Both the position numbers and the translations under genes were made by a program. DNA of 64,000 bases from Cyanobium sp. (GTDB lineage: Bacteria; Cyanobacteriota; Cyanobacteriia; PCC-6307; Cyanobiaceae): NCBI GenBank assembly GCA_044233545.1, contig JBIIJV010000001.1, forward strand, positions 3,263-67,262. The letters are read 5' to 3'. Shown here piece after piece: positions 40,521-50,270 of the stretch. Under the pieces are notes generated by a model. It did not search any database. It was not told where the DNA came from and was given only the letters and a program-made list of their open reading frames with translations. The first letter of the stretch is position 1. Each line of letters opens with the position of its first letter.

Positions 40521-41606
40521 TCAGAGGTCGTCAACGGCTCGTTGGTGTTTGCGCAGCTGCTGAAGTGAGACTTGCAGCACAGGCTTGACTTGGTCGCTGG
40601 CTTCTGCTGCCAGGGCAACCTCCAGCTCGGTGATGGCATCGAGGGCTCGTAGCTTCATCAATGAAAGGGCTGCATTCTTGCGCACTTGATCCGAACGGTC
40701 TCGCAGTAATGGCTGTAGGAGCGGTGATGCCCAGATCGGATCATGCAGCTTCCCCAAAAGAGTGGCGGCCTCTGCGCGCACCTGTTCAGCCGGATCATCG
40801 AGGGCTTCGATCACCATGACCCGGGCCTGGTCGTCGTCCAGGCTCTGGATCTGCTCACCAAGAGCCGCGATCGCCGCTGTACGCACTTCAGTGTTGGCAG
40901 AACGGCCTGCTCGTCGCAGTGCTTCTGGCGCCCTGGCACCGACGAAGGCCAGACCCCAGCTGGCCAGACCCAGGTGCATGGTGGTGTTTTCGGCATTGGA
41001 GAGAACAGCGATCAGAGCCTCCACGGCGCACTCACCGGTGGCGGCCATGGCACCCACGGCAGATCCTTGCACCACCGGATCCGGATCATTGAGAAGGGCA
41101 GCGAGGAGATCGGGGAGTGCAACGGGGTCCCCGATCAGGGTGAGGGTTTTGGCGGCGGCACGGCGGACGGTCACATTGGCGTGGGTTCTAAGGGCCTGGC
41201 ACAAAGCCGGAACGGCTGCGGGACCAACGGCACCCAGACTCTCGGCGAAGGTGAGCCGCATCAGGCCGCGTGGATCGCCGAGCCCCGCCACCATCTTCTC
41301 GATCAACGTCTGATCCCCGGGGGGGCGATCTCCGGAGCGCAACTGCTGCTTCAGCTCCGCAGCCAAAAGGGCAGCTTCCTCTTCACTGAGGGAAATGGCC
41401 GCAGATACCGGCGTTAATGGCGGAGTCTGGTGGATCAAGGCGCTGTGGCAGTCAGGGGCCCATTCTTGACGCAGAGCCAGTCGGCACCGGGCTGGCGTGG
41501 CTGCTCGTAACATAAGCTCTATTGAAACAAAACAATGACCACCTTCTTGGTCTCCCACAACCTGCAGGTGGCGAGTGAATCCTGCCCCCCCTGGGATGGG
41601 TTGCAA
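40521..41606 (-). CDS. E/F-clan HEAT-repeat phycobilin lyase (CpeF/MpeU/MpeV-like); N-terminus uncertain
   Basis: LGDPRGLMRLTFAESLGAVG, VTVRRAAAKTLTLIGDP, DPVVQGSAVGAM, TEVRTAAIAALGE, EQVRAEAATLLGKL. The first ~70 aa of the ORF look non-native, so the true start is probably downstream (e.g. ATG at 41513). Confidence 0.7.
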   Translation of the reverse strand: MQPIPGGAGFTRHLQVVGDQEGGHCFVSIELMLRAATPARCRLALRQEWAPDCHSALIHQTPPLTPVSAAISLSEEEAALLAAELKQQLRSGDRPPGDQTLIEKMVAGLGDPRGLMRLTFAESLGAVGPAAVPALCQALRTHANVTVRRAAAKTLTLIGDPVALPDLLAALLNDPDPVVQGSAVGAMAATGECAVEALIAVLSNAENTTMHLGLASWGLAFVGARAPEALRRAGRSANTEVRTAAIAALGEQIQSLDDDQARVMVIEALDDPAEQVRAEAATLLGKLHDPIWASPLLQPLLRDRSDQVRKNAALSLMKLRALDAITELEVALAAEASDQVKPVLQVSLQQLRKHQRAVDDL

Positions 41607-41969
41607 TTGGCGTCAGGGTTGGAACGGTTCTGTCCAACGGTCACCTCTGCCGAAGCGCTCTCCCATCCACACTGGCGTCTGCGGCTTGAGAGCCCGCTGG
41701 ATGCACCACGTTTTGCTGAGGAACTGGTGGCAGGATGGGCCTCTCTGCGTAGTGACTATGGCCATGGGGTCAACCATGGGATTCTTGCGTTAGGAGGGCG
41801 CAAAGACACACCGGCAGCCAGCTCTTCACCACTCGGTCTCGGCGCCTGGGGTGTCGATGTCGTGGAAACTCCTGATCCAGATGCTTTTCTGGAGGGTATT
41901 CAATGGGAACAGCTGAAGGCTGGCCGTCCAGCCGATGGCGTCTTTGAGGTACTCTACAAGCCTCAGTAG
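41535..41969 (+). CDS. Hypothetical protein (144 aa)
   Basis: ORF with protein-like composition. Divergent from, and overlapping, the 5' extension of the lyase ORF. No motif recognised. Confidence 0.4.
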   Translation: MTTFLVSHNLQVASESCPPWDGLQLASGLERFCPTVTSAEALSHPHWRLRLESPLDAPRFAEELVAGWASLRSDYGHGVNHGILALGGRKDTPAASSSPLGLGAWGVDVVETPDPDAFLEGIQWEQLKAGRPADGVFEVLYKPQ

Positions 41970-41979
41970 GGGAACGGCT

Positions 41980-42312
41980 TTAGGTCCGCTTGCTCCGGGA
42001 GGGTGGCCTGGTCGTGCGCTGGTTTACGCGCTTAGTCTCTTTGGGTTGACCAGGTTCCGACCGATTAGCGTCAGGGGTGGGCAGTGCTTCGACATTCTGC
42101 TGCGCTGAAGCTGGCTGGGGCGTAGCACCGACATCAGCTCGGGCCTTCATCAGGCCAGTCACATCGGCAACCCTCATTCCCTGGTGATGAAGCCCATGCA
42201 TCACGACACTCAGGGTTTGCAGTGGCACTCGAATGGTTCTGCAGGCGACGTGCCCACCTTTCAAGGATCCGACCACGCTCACGTAAAATATCTTATTCAC
42301 CATGCTGTCCAT
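41980..42312 (-). CDS. Small CpcD-like-domain protein with a basic, Pro-rich C-terminal tail
   Basis: From ATG 42312/42303: NKIFYVSVVGSLKGGHVACRTIRVPLQTLSVVMHGLHHQGMRVADVTGL fits the CpcD-domain pattern (F.V.V.G...VP...L...M..L...G..I..V). It is followed by ~55 aa rich in P/R/K/Q/T. Confidence 0.5.
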   Translation of the reverse strand: MDSMVNKIFYVSVVGSLKGGHVACRTIRVPLQTLSVVMHGLHHQGMRVADVTGLMKARADVGATPQPASAQQNVEALPTPDANRSEPGQPKETKRVNQRTTRPPSRSKRT

Positions 42313-42440
42313 GCTTACTTGTCTATGATACTTGGATTGTCGCTCAAGGGCATTGGGCTCGCCGATCGCTACACATTCTGACACCTGCCATGGGCTGCCT
42401 TGATCGGTTGTGCATGGGATAATGATCAATGTAATCAAGG

Positions 42441-43787
42441 ATGAACGAGCCAGTGAGTTTAGGCCGCTTCAATAACATACATCCGGGTCTTGATCAAGAA
42501 GAGTCCTTGCGCATTCTGTCTTTACCAGTGGCAGAATTGGAGGCAAGCAGTGATCGCTACATGGCAGCGGCCCAATTGCTCAACTTTCCCGGCAGGCAAT
42601 CGGAACAGGCCTTGCTTCAGCTGCTCGCAGAGGTAGACGAAACGCAAGCAACCCAAATCGCCAAACGCAAAGCCGTGGAGGTGCTGGCACGCCTTGGTTG
42701 CAGAGATGCGATTAAGAGCATTGGCATGTGCCTGATCAGTGACGACCATTACTTGGTGGAGAATGCAGCTTGGGCCTTACACCAGTTGGGCTGCCAGGAT
42801 CAAGGGATCATCAATCAGATGGTGGCTTTATTGGCAGACTGCCGTCAGAATCGTCGTGTGCTCATTCAGAGCTTGGCCGGCCTAAGGGTTGAGCAAGCAC
42901 TTCCTGAGATCAGCGCTCTCCAGGATGATGATAGGCCAGGAGTTCGTGGGGCAGCTATCGCCGCCGTGGTTACCCTGGCCGGATCAAGAGATCGAATCTT
43001 GAGCCTTGGCGAACAGCTTTTTCTGCCGAATCAGATGGACCGGCAGTCGGCTATTCAGGATGTGATTGATGCTGGCGCACAAGAGCTGCTTGAGGAGATT
43101 ATGCGCACACCTGTTTCGCCGGTGTTTCGGATGCGGGCGGTGCGTCTGCTCTGGCCCGAGGCGCAGCCGCTATGCAACGGACTATCGCTCTTGGACACAC
43201 TTGATTCGCTGCTATTGGACAGCCCTGAGAGCCTTCAGCTTGTCCATAGCTATGGCGAAAAGCAGGAAAATTTGTTTTTAATTAATGAGTTTTTTGGTAC
43301 GGATTTTAGTCGCTGCTATCTTGCACTACAAACGCTTGCCTGCGAGGCAGGCGAGCACCTATGGCCTCTGCTCGAGCAGCGTTGGCTGGAAGAGGCCCAC
43401 AATGACTATGGAGCTCACTATTTTTTTATTCGCTTATTTGCCATGGTGGCAAACTGGGGACCCGAAAAGACTAAGGTCGAAAATCATTGCGAAGATGCCA
43501 TCTTCAACCGTCGACCCCAGTTTACCAAGTCACGCCCCGCAGCTATTTTGGCCCTATTACGTCTTCAGCCCGAACGATTAAATGCTCTTATTCCTCAACT
43601 GCTGGATCCTGTAGTGGAGTCGAACTGGGAATGCCGCTATGCGTCATGGATGGCGGTTGCCCAGATGATCACAAAGGGACTGTCCATTGGCACTCAACAC
43701 GTGCATCTGCTTATCGAGACTAATGATCCAAGCACTTTTGTCGAGAGCAAGAAACGGCAAGTGGCTGGGTTACTCACTGATTTCTGA
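42441..43787 (+). CDS. cpeY: Large HEAT-repeat PE lyase, CpeY-like
   Basis: 448 aa with multiple HEAT-like repeats (RKAVEVLARLG, VENAAWALHQLG, PGVRGAAIAAV, FRMRAVRLLW). Size fits CpeY/MpeY. Lower GC than the backbone. Confidence 0.7.
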   Translation: MNEPVSLGRFNNIHPGLDQEESLRILSLPVAELEASSDRYMAAAQLLNFPGRQSEQALLQLLAEVDETQATQIAKRKAVEVLARLGCRDAIKSIGMCLISDDHYLVENAAWALHQLGCQDQGIINQMVALLADCRQNRRVLIQSLAGLRVEQALPEISALQDDDRPGVRGAAIAAVVTLAGSRDRILSLGEQLFLPNQMDRQSAIQDVIDAGAQELLEEIMRTPVSPVFRMRAVRLLWPEAQPLCNGLSLLDTLDSLLLDSPESLQLVHSYGEKQENLFLINEFFGTDFSRCYLALQTLACEAGEHLWPLLEQRWLEEAHNDYGAHYFFIRLFAMVANWGPEKTKVENHCEDAIFNRRPQFTKSRPAAILALLRLQPERLNALIPQLLDPVVESNWECRYASWMAVAQMITKGLSIGTQHVHLLIETNDPSTFVESKKRQVAGLLTDF

Positions 43788-44081
43788 AAATCGTGTCTTT
43801 GTGCTTCCATTGCTTGCCCAGTAGCTCACGATCGCGTGAGCGCCAGGTCGTGGAACCTTTGCCAAAGCACGTAGGATCTTAAACTTGCGGTTTGGCCCTA
43901 TCGGCCAGGCGCCTACTTCTCGTATTGAGATGATCTCACCCCCAAACGAAAGCAGACATTGTTCGAAGCGCTCGATCAGAGTTTGATCAACTGTCTCAAA
44001 GATAAAGTCAGTCCCACGGCAGATTAGATGCTGCGATCGAATCCAGCTTTCCATCTGTCTTTGCGGACTCTTTGCAGCCAC
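43770..44081 (-). CDS. cpeR: Phycoerythrin operon activator CpeR
   Basis: WIRSQHLICRGTDFIFETVD..LIERFE..LLSFGGEI resembles the CpeR signature (WIRS.HLIC.G..F.FET) as I recall it. Last gene of a cpeS-cpeT-cpeR string. Confidence 0.7.
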   Translation of the reverse strand: MAAKSPQRQMESWIRSQHLICRGTDFIFETVDQTLIERFEQCLLSFGGEIISIREVGAWPIGPNRKFKILRALAKVPRPGAHAIVSYWASNGSTKTRFSEISE

Positions 44082-44086
44082 CTTAC

Positions 44087-44707
44087 TCAGCTGATCTCAT
44101 GATCATTATGGAGCCAGGCTTCATCGAGATGGTCGCCATAGCGATGTGATCGGATAAAGCGTAGGGGGCCATACTCAGCTCCCCAGAGATAGGCATGTGT
44201 ACTTGGGTCAAAGCCGCGATCACGGCTCATCCAGTGAGACTCGCCAAAGTCTACTTCGCTAACAAGATAGGTCAGCTGACCATTTCGGGGAATCATGCAT
44301 TGACAACCCGGCTCTACTTCACCCAGGAATGAACCATCTCCCTTCTGGCGAAACACCATCGCGCAGCCTGGACGGGGCAGGAGATCCTCTGTAACGATTC
44401 CAGACAGTAATTCGGGCCGAGATCCTGCTCCTGCTGCGCGAATTCCGTTCCGAAGACCGAAGTTGAGCATCAGAAGATGATTGTCTGCAACGGTCAAATG
44501 ATGCACCCCCTGACGGTATGGACGCCAAGGATCATAATCATAACTCTGCTCAGAGTAAAACCAAGGGCCACGAAAAGTCTCCCATGCGAAGGGACGAAAG
44601 AAAATGTTAATATGGGAGAATTTGGATGGCTCCGCCTGCGCCTGTTGATGGTTGCTGAAACAGCCTGAAATAGTCTTAGCAAAATGCAATATGGATGAAG
44701 ATTCCAA
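44087..44707 (-). CDS. cpeT: T-type phycobilin lyase CpeT
   Basis: FAKTISGCFSNHQQAQAEP.KFSHINIFFRP, WFYSEQSYDYDPWRPYRQGVHHL, GEVEPGCQC. CpcT/CpeT family. Confidence 0.85.
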   Translation of the reverse strand: MESSSILHFAKTISGCFSNHQQAQAEPSKFSHINIFFRPFAWETFRGPWFYSEQSYDYDPWRPYRQGVHHLTVADNHLLMLNFGLRNGIRAAGAGSRPELLSGIVTEDLLPRPGCAMVFRQKGDGSFLGEVEPGCQCMIPRNGQLTYLVSEVDFGESHWMSRDRGFDPSTHAYLWGAEYGPLRFIRSHRYGDHLDEAWLHNDHEIS

Positions 44708-44710
44708 TGC

Positions 44711-45244
44711 TCAAGCCTCAATTTTTCTGATTTCCGAGCTGAAGGAAGTCTGTAATATGCCAGATCCCTCCGAAGTACGAAGAACGGATGATCGGCAGCG
44801 TACGTGCTCAGATAGAAACCAGATACGTTCCTCTGCCATTGATTGGCTATAGACAGTCTTGAGGATAAATGTGCCGTCATCAAGAAAGTTGTAGGATGAG
44901 ACTGCAGGCTCTGATTCTGCATAGCCTGTACTACGAAGTAGCTGCCCAGTTCGTTCGGTTTCTGCAATAGGAATCAGGATGCAGGTGCCTTGAGAAACAG
45001 GACTGGCATCATCGGGTTCCCAGTCTGACTCTGCCTGCCAAGTCATCTGGAACGGGCTGGAGATCGTGCCAGGTAGAATAGACTGCAACGCTAAATAATT
45101 CGCTACTTCTTGATTATTAATGGCCAGGCGTTCAATCTTGATCGTACTGATTACATCCTCAAATTGTCTAAAGGCCAAAGCGTGCCCAGAACGCATTGAC
45201 CGCCATTGTCCCTCTGAACGGGCAACGAACTGCTCAATGCTCAT
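44711..45244 (-). CDS. cpeS: S-type phycobilin lyase CpeS
   Basis: MSIEQFVARSEGQWRSMRSGHALAFRQFE..., ...ERIWFLSEHVRCRSSV. CpcS/CpeS family. Confidence 0.85.
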   Translation of the reverse strand: MSIEQFVARSEGQWRSMRSGHALAFRQFEDVISTIKIERLAINNQEVANYLALQSILPGTISSPFQMTWQAESDWEPDDASPVSQGTCILIPIAETERTGQLLRSTGYAESEPAVSSYNFLDDGTFILKTVYSQSMAEERIWFLSEHVRCRSSVLRTSEGSGILQTSFSSEIRKIEA

Positions 45245-45510
45245 GCAACAATTGCGGGAGTTGGGCGAGTCTATCAGTTTCGGGGCGGGCGGACTGTACC
45301 ATGTTGACTAGGCTGTGGATCATCAAATCCCTTGCCTCATTGGGGCTGGCCTTGATCACTCTGGATGGTGCTTGTGCGAATCGAGGCGTGGATTTCATTT
45401 CGGATAACGGAGATTAAGGCAATGGTGGGAAGAGCAAAGCTATTTGTCTCTAGGTCAAACGCCATTGACTGTCCCACCATAAACCAGGCTAAGAGTCAAA
45501 AGAGTGCCGA

Positions 45511-46257
45511 TCAACCATTTGTTACGGACAGAATTGAACCGCCGCGCCGTTGCACACTCTGTAGCGTCGAGGAGAGGCTACTGAAGGGGACAACGGATAC
45601 TTGCATCGCTCGGCGGTTCATTCCGGTTGGCGATAACGTGCTCCAGCTGATGCGATAGCGACGCTGATCGCGGCTTGAACTTGCCCCCCGGTTGCCACGA
45701 GTAGCAGAAGCCGGTGCCGAACCCGTTGCAAGGCTAGCTTTTAGGATCGGGCGTGTACCTCCATCAAAGGCAGCGGAATCACCCCTTAAACTCAGGGAAC
45801 GCACATAAGTTAGGTTGCTTTCTCCAGTGGTGGTAACGGTGGTACGCGAGTAAGGAACGCTGTCGAAACCGAAGGCATCGGCGTACTCAGTGGAATAGAC
45901 GTAGCTGTCGATTTCGGCTTGATACCCTTTAGCGGCCAGTAGCTGAACATGCTCGCTCAGTTCTGTTTGGTTGCGTGGTGCTCGGCCCAGCAGATGTTTG
46001 AAGTTGAGTTCAACGAACCGATAGGGTCCATTCTTCTCGAGAAACAGTCTCCTATAGGTGTCTGAGCAAGCAAGGGCGGAAATCAGCCCCTGTACTGTGA
46101 GATCACCCTGGAGGAACAGGCTTTCAGCGGTCGCGACTAGCTGCTCTTCCATCAAGTGTGCATTGCCAAACACCTGCCGGTAGGCAGCCCGCAATACGTC
46201 CTGCGCATGGGCTTGGTCTTGCCCTGATGAAGTGGTGAGTGTGATGGTGTTCATCAT
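45511..46257 (-). CDS. PE-associated rod linker (PBS-linker domain + CpcD-like C-terminus), CpeE-like
   Basis: AAYRQVFGNAHLMEEQ, FVELNFKHLLGRAPRNQTE, C-terminal RYRISW...VVPFSSLSSTLQSVQRRGGSILSVT. Confidence 0.85.
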   Translation of the reverse strand: MMNTITLTTSSGQDQAHAQDVLRAAYRQVFGNAHLMEEQLVATAESLFLQGDLTVQGLISALACSDTYRRLFLEKNGPYRFVELNFKHLLGRAPRNQTELSEHVQLLAAKGYQAEIDSYVYSTEYADAFGFDSVPYSRTTVTTTGESNLTYVRSLSLRGDSAAFDGGTRPILKASLATGSAPASATRGNRGASSSRDQRRYRISWSTLSPTGMNRRAMQVSVVPFSSLSSTLQSVQRRGGSILSVTNG

Positions 46258-46317
46258 TGAGAAATCAGCAAAGGGAGAAACGAGTGTTGCGATAAGAGCA
46301 GCGAGAATAGTTTGGTC

Positions 46318-47844
46318 TTAGGCAACTTCAGTAATTGAAATGATACGTCCGCCACGGCGGTGGATGTAAGCCAATTGCGTGGTCATGTCCTTGCCAGAAA
46401 CTAGGTAGCTGGCGTTGGGTGTGCGCTGGCGGCCACCGGCTGGTTGCGCCTGGACGGCAATCCGATACCGTTTTGTGGTGGGGTCAACCGAGCCGCTGAA
46501 GGCAGAGCGGCGGTTCAGACGTACGGTGGTGGTGCTCCAGCCACTTGGCAGAGCCCTAGCACCCAACGAATTCACCAGGCTGGAGGAACTTTGCACGCTG
46601 TCGCTACTGGAGAAGCCCTGCACCAGCGCCAAATGACGATTAAACCCAATCTGGTTGCGGCCATTCTCCGTTTGGATGCGGGCGAATGGAACAGTGTGTT
46701 CGCCAAACCACTGTTGGTATTCTGAGCCATCTAGGTAGCTACTGATTTCCGCTTCGTAGCCTTCAACGGCCAGCCGTTGGATGTGTTCGCTTAGCTCGGC
46801 CTGGTTAGCAGGCGCGCGTCCGAGCAGGTGCTTGAAGTTGAGTTCTACGAAGCGATAGGGAGCATTGCTTTCGAAGAAGCGACGCCTATATTCAGGCGAA
46901 CAGGCTATAGCTCGCACCAACTCTCGGGTGCTGAGATAGCCTTCGGCGAACTTGCTTTCGGCGCTGATTACCCTTTCGCTTTCCATGAGATGGGGGTTGC
47001 CCATCACTTGGCGGTAGGTTGCACGCAGCAACCCCTGAATCTGATCGGCGGTGTCTCCCGGGACACGTTGGAAGATTTCTTGGCTGCGCTGGCCGAGCCC
47101 GAATCCCACATACAAATCGCCACGCAGCGGCACGGAATCTCCTCCATCGCTACTACTACGACGCACAGGCGTAAAGGCTGTGCGACCCGTTTCAGTTCCT
47201 CCGAAACCTCCAAAACTTTGGGCTCGATACACCTGGGCTGGGACACTAATCGTGATGGGCTGATTCCTGGTCAGACTCACGAGGAGCTTACTCTTGGAGC
47301 CGATCGCGGAATCGCTGCCAGCAAAGTTCTGCTCCAGGGCGGCGATGCGATTGAAGGCCGATTGGGGCGAACCGGCAGGGCTGTTCCAAGTCCGGATGTA
47401 GGGGGCCGTGTCGTCTCCGAATGAACGTCCGTACTCTTCGGAATCAATGAGGGCGTCGATACTCGCGTCAAAGCCGGCGCTAGCAATCCTCGCCACTTCG
47501 GCGCTCACTTCGGCCTCATCCACTGGCGGGCGGCCCAGTAGATGCTTGATGGACAATTCAACGCAGCGATGGGGCGCCACGGCTTCATAGAAGCGTGAGC
47601 GGTAAAAAGAAGACTTCGCGAGGGAGCGAACGAACTCTCTAACCGTTAGCCGGCCTTGCTTCAGTTGCGATTCCGCAGATTCGAGGCGCTCACTTTCCAT
47701 CGGCATGGTGTTACCGAAGACATGCCGATAGCAGGCGCTGATCACAAGGTTTAGGTTGGATTCATCATCACCAACCTTGTAGCTAACCGGATTGTCCAGG
47801 AGAGGCGTAGCGCCAAAGCTGAGTGCAAAGGATTGGTTGCTCAT
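46318..47844 (-). CDS. Tandem two-domain rod linker (two PBS-linker domains + C-terminal CpcD-like domain), MpeD/CpeD-like architecture
   Basis: Two copies of the linker signature: CYRHVFGNTMPMESER...CVELSIKHLLGRPP and TYRQVMGNPHLMESER...FVELNFKHLLGRAP. C-terminal RYRIAV...LAYIHRRGGRIISIT. Confidence 0.85.
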   Translation of the reverse strand: MSNQSFALSFGATPLLDNPVSYKVGDDESNLNLVISACYRHVFGNTMPMESERLESAESQLKQGRLTVREFVRSLAKSSFYRSRFYEAVAPHRCVELSIKHLLGRPPVDEAEVSAEVARIASAGFDASIDALIDSEEYGRSFGDDTAPYIRTWNSPAGSPQSAFNRIAALEQNFAGSDSAIGSKSKLLVSLTRNQPITISVPAQVYRAQSFGGFGGTETGRTAFTPVRRSSSDGGDSVPLRGDLYVGFGLGQRSQEIFQRVPGDTADQIQGLLRATYRQVMGNPHLMESERVISAESKFAEGYLSTRELVRAIACSPEYRRRFFESNAPYRFVELNFKHLLGRAPANQAELSEHIQRLAVEGYEAEISSYLDGSEYQQWFGEHTVPFARIQTENGRNQIGFNRHLALVQGFSSSDSVQSSSSLVNSLGARALPSGWSTTTVRLNRRSAFSGSVDPTTKRYRIAVQAQPAGGRQRTPNASYLVSGKDMTTQLAYIHRRGGRIISITEVA

Positions 47845-47946
47845 AAGATGTCTCGGAGGTGGGAGAGGGGGGTGTTGGCTTGGCGGAGGAACATGTCTCC
47901 AAACAGGTTTGATTGTTCTTAGTGTCGATCAGCAATCATTAAATAG

Positions 47947-48822
47947 TCATGCGGGGGTAATGCTTGCGATCACTCCTCCTTCGCGGTGGATCTGCTTGTA
48001 TTTTGTTGATAACTGATCGAAGGGTACGAAGTAGGTGCGGTTTGATTGCTTGTAACGAGATACCGGTCTCACGTTGTTGGCGCGATACGCTGTCACATCC
48101 ACTCGGTAAATGCGACCTTCTGCGCTAGCGCCTACTCCCAAACGGGTCTGAGCATCCTGGAAATTAGAAGATGGCCTGAAACTCCAGCCCTGGCTGTCCG
48201 GTGAGGAGGGTGGAATCACTACAAGCGCTCGGTTGAGATAGGCATTCCCACCAAGCCGCGAAGCTTTACCAGCAAGACTGCCTTTGAGGCTGCTGCTACT
48301 GGCCCCCCTGAGTAACTGGAAGTTCCAAGTGAACTCCTGCATGGTGAGACAGCTTTCCGTCTTCCATCCCCTCTGGAAGGGAACAGTCCACTCACCAAAG
48401 GCGCTCTGGTATTCGTCTGAATCTACGAAGCTGTCAATGTCTGCGTCATAGCCATGATTATCGAGGCGTTCAGCGTGAGCACGCATCTCGTCGAAATCCG
48501 CAGGTGCACGACCAAGCAAGTGTCTGAAGGCCAGTTCGATATATCGGTAGCGTGGGCAGGCATCGAAGAAACGAGCTCGATAGAGATCGCTCTTGGCGAT
48601 GGTGCGGATGAACTCACGTACGCTTAACTCACCCAGCTTCAGCTGGGACTCTGGAACTAGCTGACGCTCGCTCTCCATAACATAAGCGTTGCCCAACACT
48701 TGGCGGTAGGCGGCCTGAATCAGCTGCTCTTTGTTCGCTTCACTATCACCAGGAAGCAGCTCGAGGGGGAGGTCGCTGTCGAATCGTTCAACGCCTAGGA
48801 CCGAGGCGGGGCCGAAAGGCAT
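47947..48822 (-). CDS. cpeC: PE-associated rod linker CpeC
   Basis: MPFGPAS.LGV..., AYRQVLGNAYVMESER, YIELAFRHLLGRAP, FQLLRGASSSSLKG, C-terminal IYRVDVT...YKQIHREGGVIASITPA. Confidence 0.9.
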   Translation of the reverse strand: MPFGPASVLGVERFDSDLPLELLPGDSEANKEQLIQAAYRQVLGNAYVMESERQLVPESQLKLGELSVREFIRTIAKSDLYRARFFDACPRYRYIELAFRHLLGRAPADFDEMRAHAERLDNHGYDADIDSFVDSDEYQSAFGEWTVPFQRGWKTESCLTMQEFTWNFQLLRGASSSSLKGSLAGKASRLGGNAYLNRALVVIPPSSPDSQGWSFRPSSNFQDAQTRLGVGASAEGRIYRVDVTAYRANNVRPVSRYKQSNRTYFVPFDQLSTKYKQIHREGGVIASITPA

Positions 48823-49037
48823 GGTAATGCATTCCTGGAGTTACTCATGGATCATCTTATGAGATCGAGCTAATTCCACAGCAGTTTAACAAAGCGCAAT
48901 CCTGACCTTGCCTGGCTGGCTGGAGGCTCTGTACGCACCACCCTGCCTATTGCTGCAAGCTCATAGTGGCTGAATTATTATTTTGCATGCGGCATGGGCA
49001 GCAGCACCTACCGCGCCCATTGGAATTCCCAGAGTTC

Positions 49038-50270
49038 TCAAAGCAGCCCTAACCCATGCAGTGGGCCGTGCCTACTGATCACCTCCAGCAGGACTGCAGC
49101 AGTCCCAAGCATCGCTACTCGGCCGTTCCACAGCTCGGAGTTGTTGTTCCAGCCCCAGGCCCACTTGCTCTGTTGGTTGGGCTTCGCTTTGATGGGGAGC
49201 CGACCAGCTTGCTCGAGACTTGTTTCCGTTTCGGCCATCGCCTGCTCCACAAGCTCGGTCAAGGCGGCAATGAACGCTGGATCCGTGTCCAGCGCAGGGA
49301 CACGACGGAAGTTTTTCACTCCGGCGACTGTGGCCAGCTCTCGATATTCCATGTCGATTTCTTCGAGGGTTTCGATATGCTCACTTACAAAGCTGATCGG
49401 TACTACCACAAGATCTTTCACTCCTTGCTCTCCCAATTCCTGCAGGGCATCTTCGGTGTAGGGCTTAAGCCATTCAACCGGTCCGACACGGCTCTGGTAG
49501 GCGAGGGTGAAGGGGTTGGTATGGCCGAGCTGCTGCTGCAGCCGCTGAAGGATCAGCTTGCTGCAGTCCACGATTTCTTGTTGATAGGGATCCCCTGCGT
49601 CCTCCACATAGCTCTTGGGCACACCGTGGGCGCTAAAGAATACATGTGCAGCGGAAGGATCTTCGCAGGCTTTTATTTCGCGTTCGATCAAACTAGCCAG
49701 CGCTTGGATGTAGCCAGGATGGTCGTACCAGCTACGAATGCAGCGGATTGGCAGGCGGCTGAAGGCCGGATCAGCATTGCGCAAGCGCTGCAGCTCCCGG
49801 AAGCTCGATCCACTGGTGCTGATCGAGAAGTGTGGGTAGAGCGGCAGCACAACTACTTCATCGATTCCGTCGGCTTTGATGTCTGCTATTGCAGATTCTG
49901 TGAAGGGATGCCAGTAGCGCATGGCTATGTAGCTGGTGGCATCCAATCCATTTTGTCGCAGGCTGGTTTGTAGTTCTCGGGCCTGCTGCTTGGTGATGCG
50001 TCGCAACGGTGAACCACCACCGATTGAGCGGTAGGCTTGCCGCGACTTGCCGCTGCGTAAGCTGCTGATCAGCCAAGCGAATGGCTTCTGCATCGCTGAT
50101 AACGGAAGGCGAATAATTTCCGGATCTGAGAATAGATTGTACAGAAATGGCCTGACGTCCTGGATCCGTTCTGGCCCGCCAAGGTTTAGCAGGAGCACGC
50201 CGACTCGGGGCTTGCGTTTGGTTGCAGAAAGTTCCATGTCGGCTTTACATTCAAGATTCGCTTCAGCCAT
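49038..50270 (-). CDS. hemH: Ferrochelatase with C-terminal CAB (chlorophyll a/b-binding-like) helix
   Basis: [54 protein letters not shown]-terminal [18 protein letters not shown]. Alternative ATG at 50237. Confidence 0.95.
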   Translation of the reverse strand: MAEANLECKADMELSATKRKPRVGVLLLNLGGPERIQDVRPFLYNLFSDPEIIRLPLSAMQKPFAWLISSLRSGKSRQAYRSIGGGSPLRRITKQQARELQTSLRQNGLDATSYIAMRYWHPFTESAIADIKADGIDEVVVLPLYPHFSISTSGSSFRELQRLRNADPAFSRLPIRCIRSWYDHPGYIQALASLIEREIKACEDPSAAHVFFSAHGVPKSYVEDAGDPYQQEIVDCSKLILQRLQQQLGHTNPFTLAYQSRVGPVEWLKPYTEDALQELGEQGVKDLVVVPISFVSEHIETLEEIDMEYRELATVAGVKNFRRVPALDTDPAFIAALTELVEQAMAETETSLEQAGRLPIKAKPNQQSKWAWGWNNNSELWNGRVAMLGTAAVLLEVISRHGPLHGLGLL

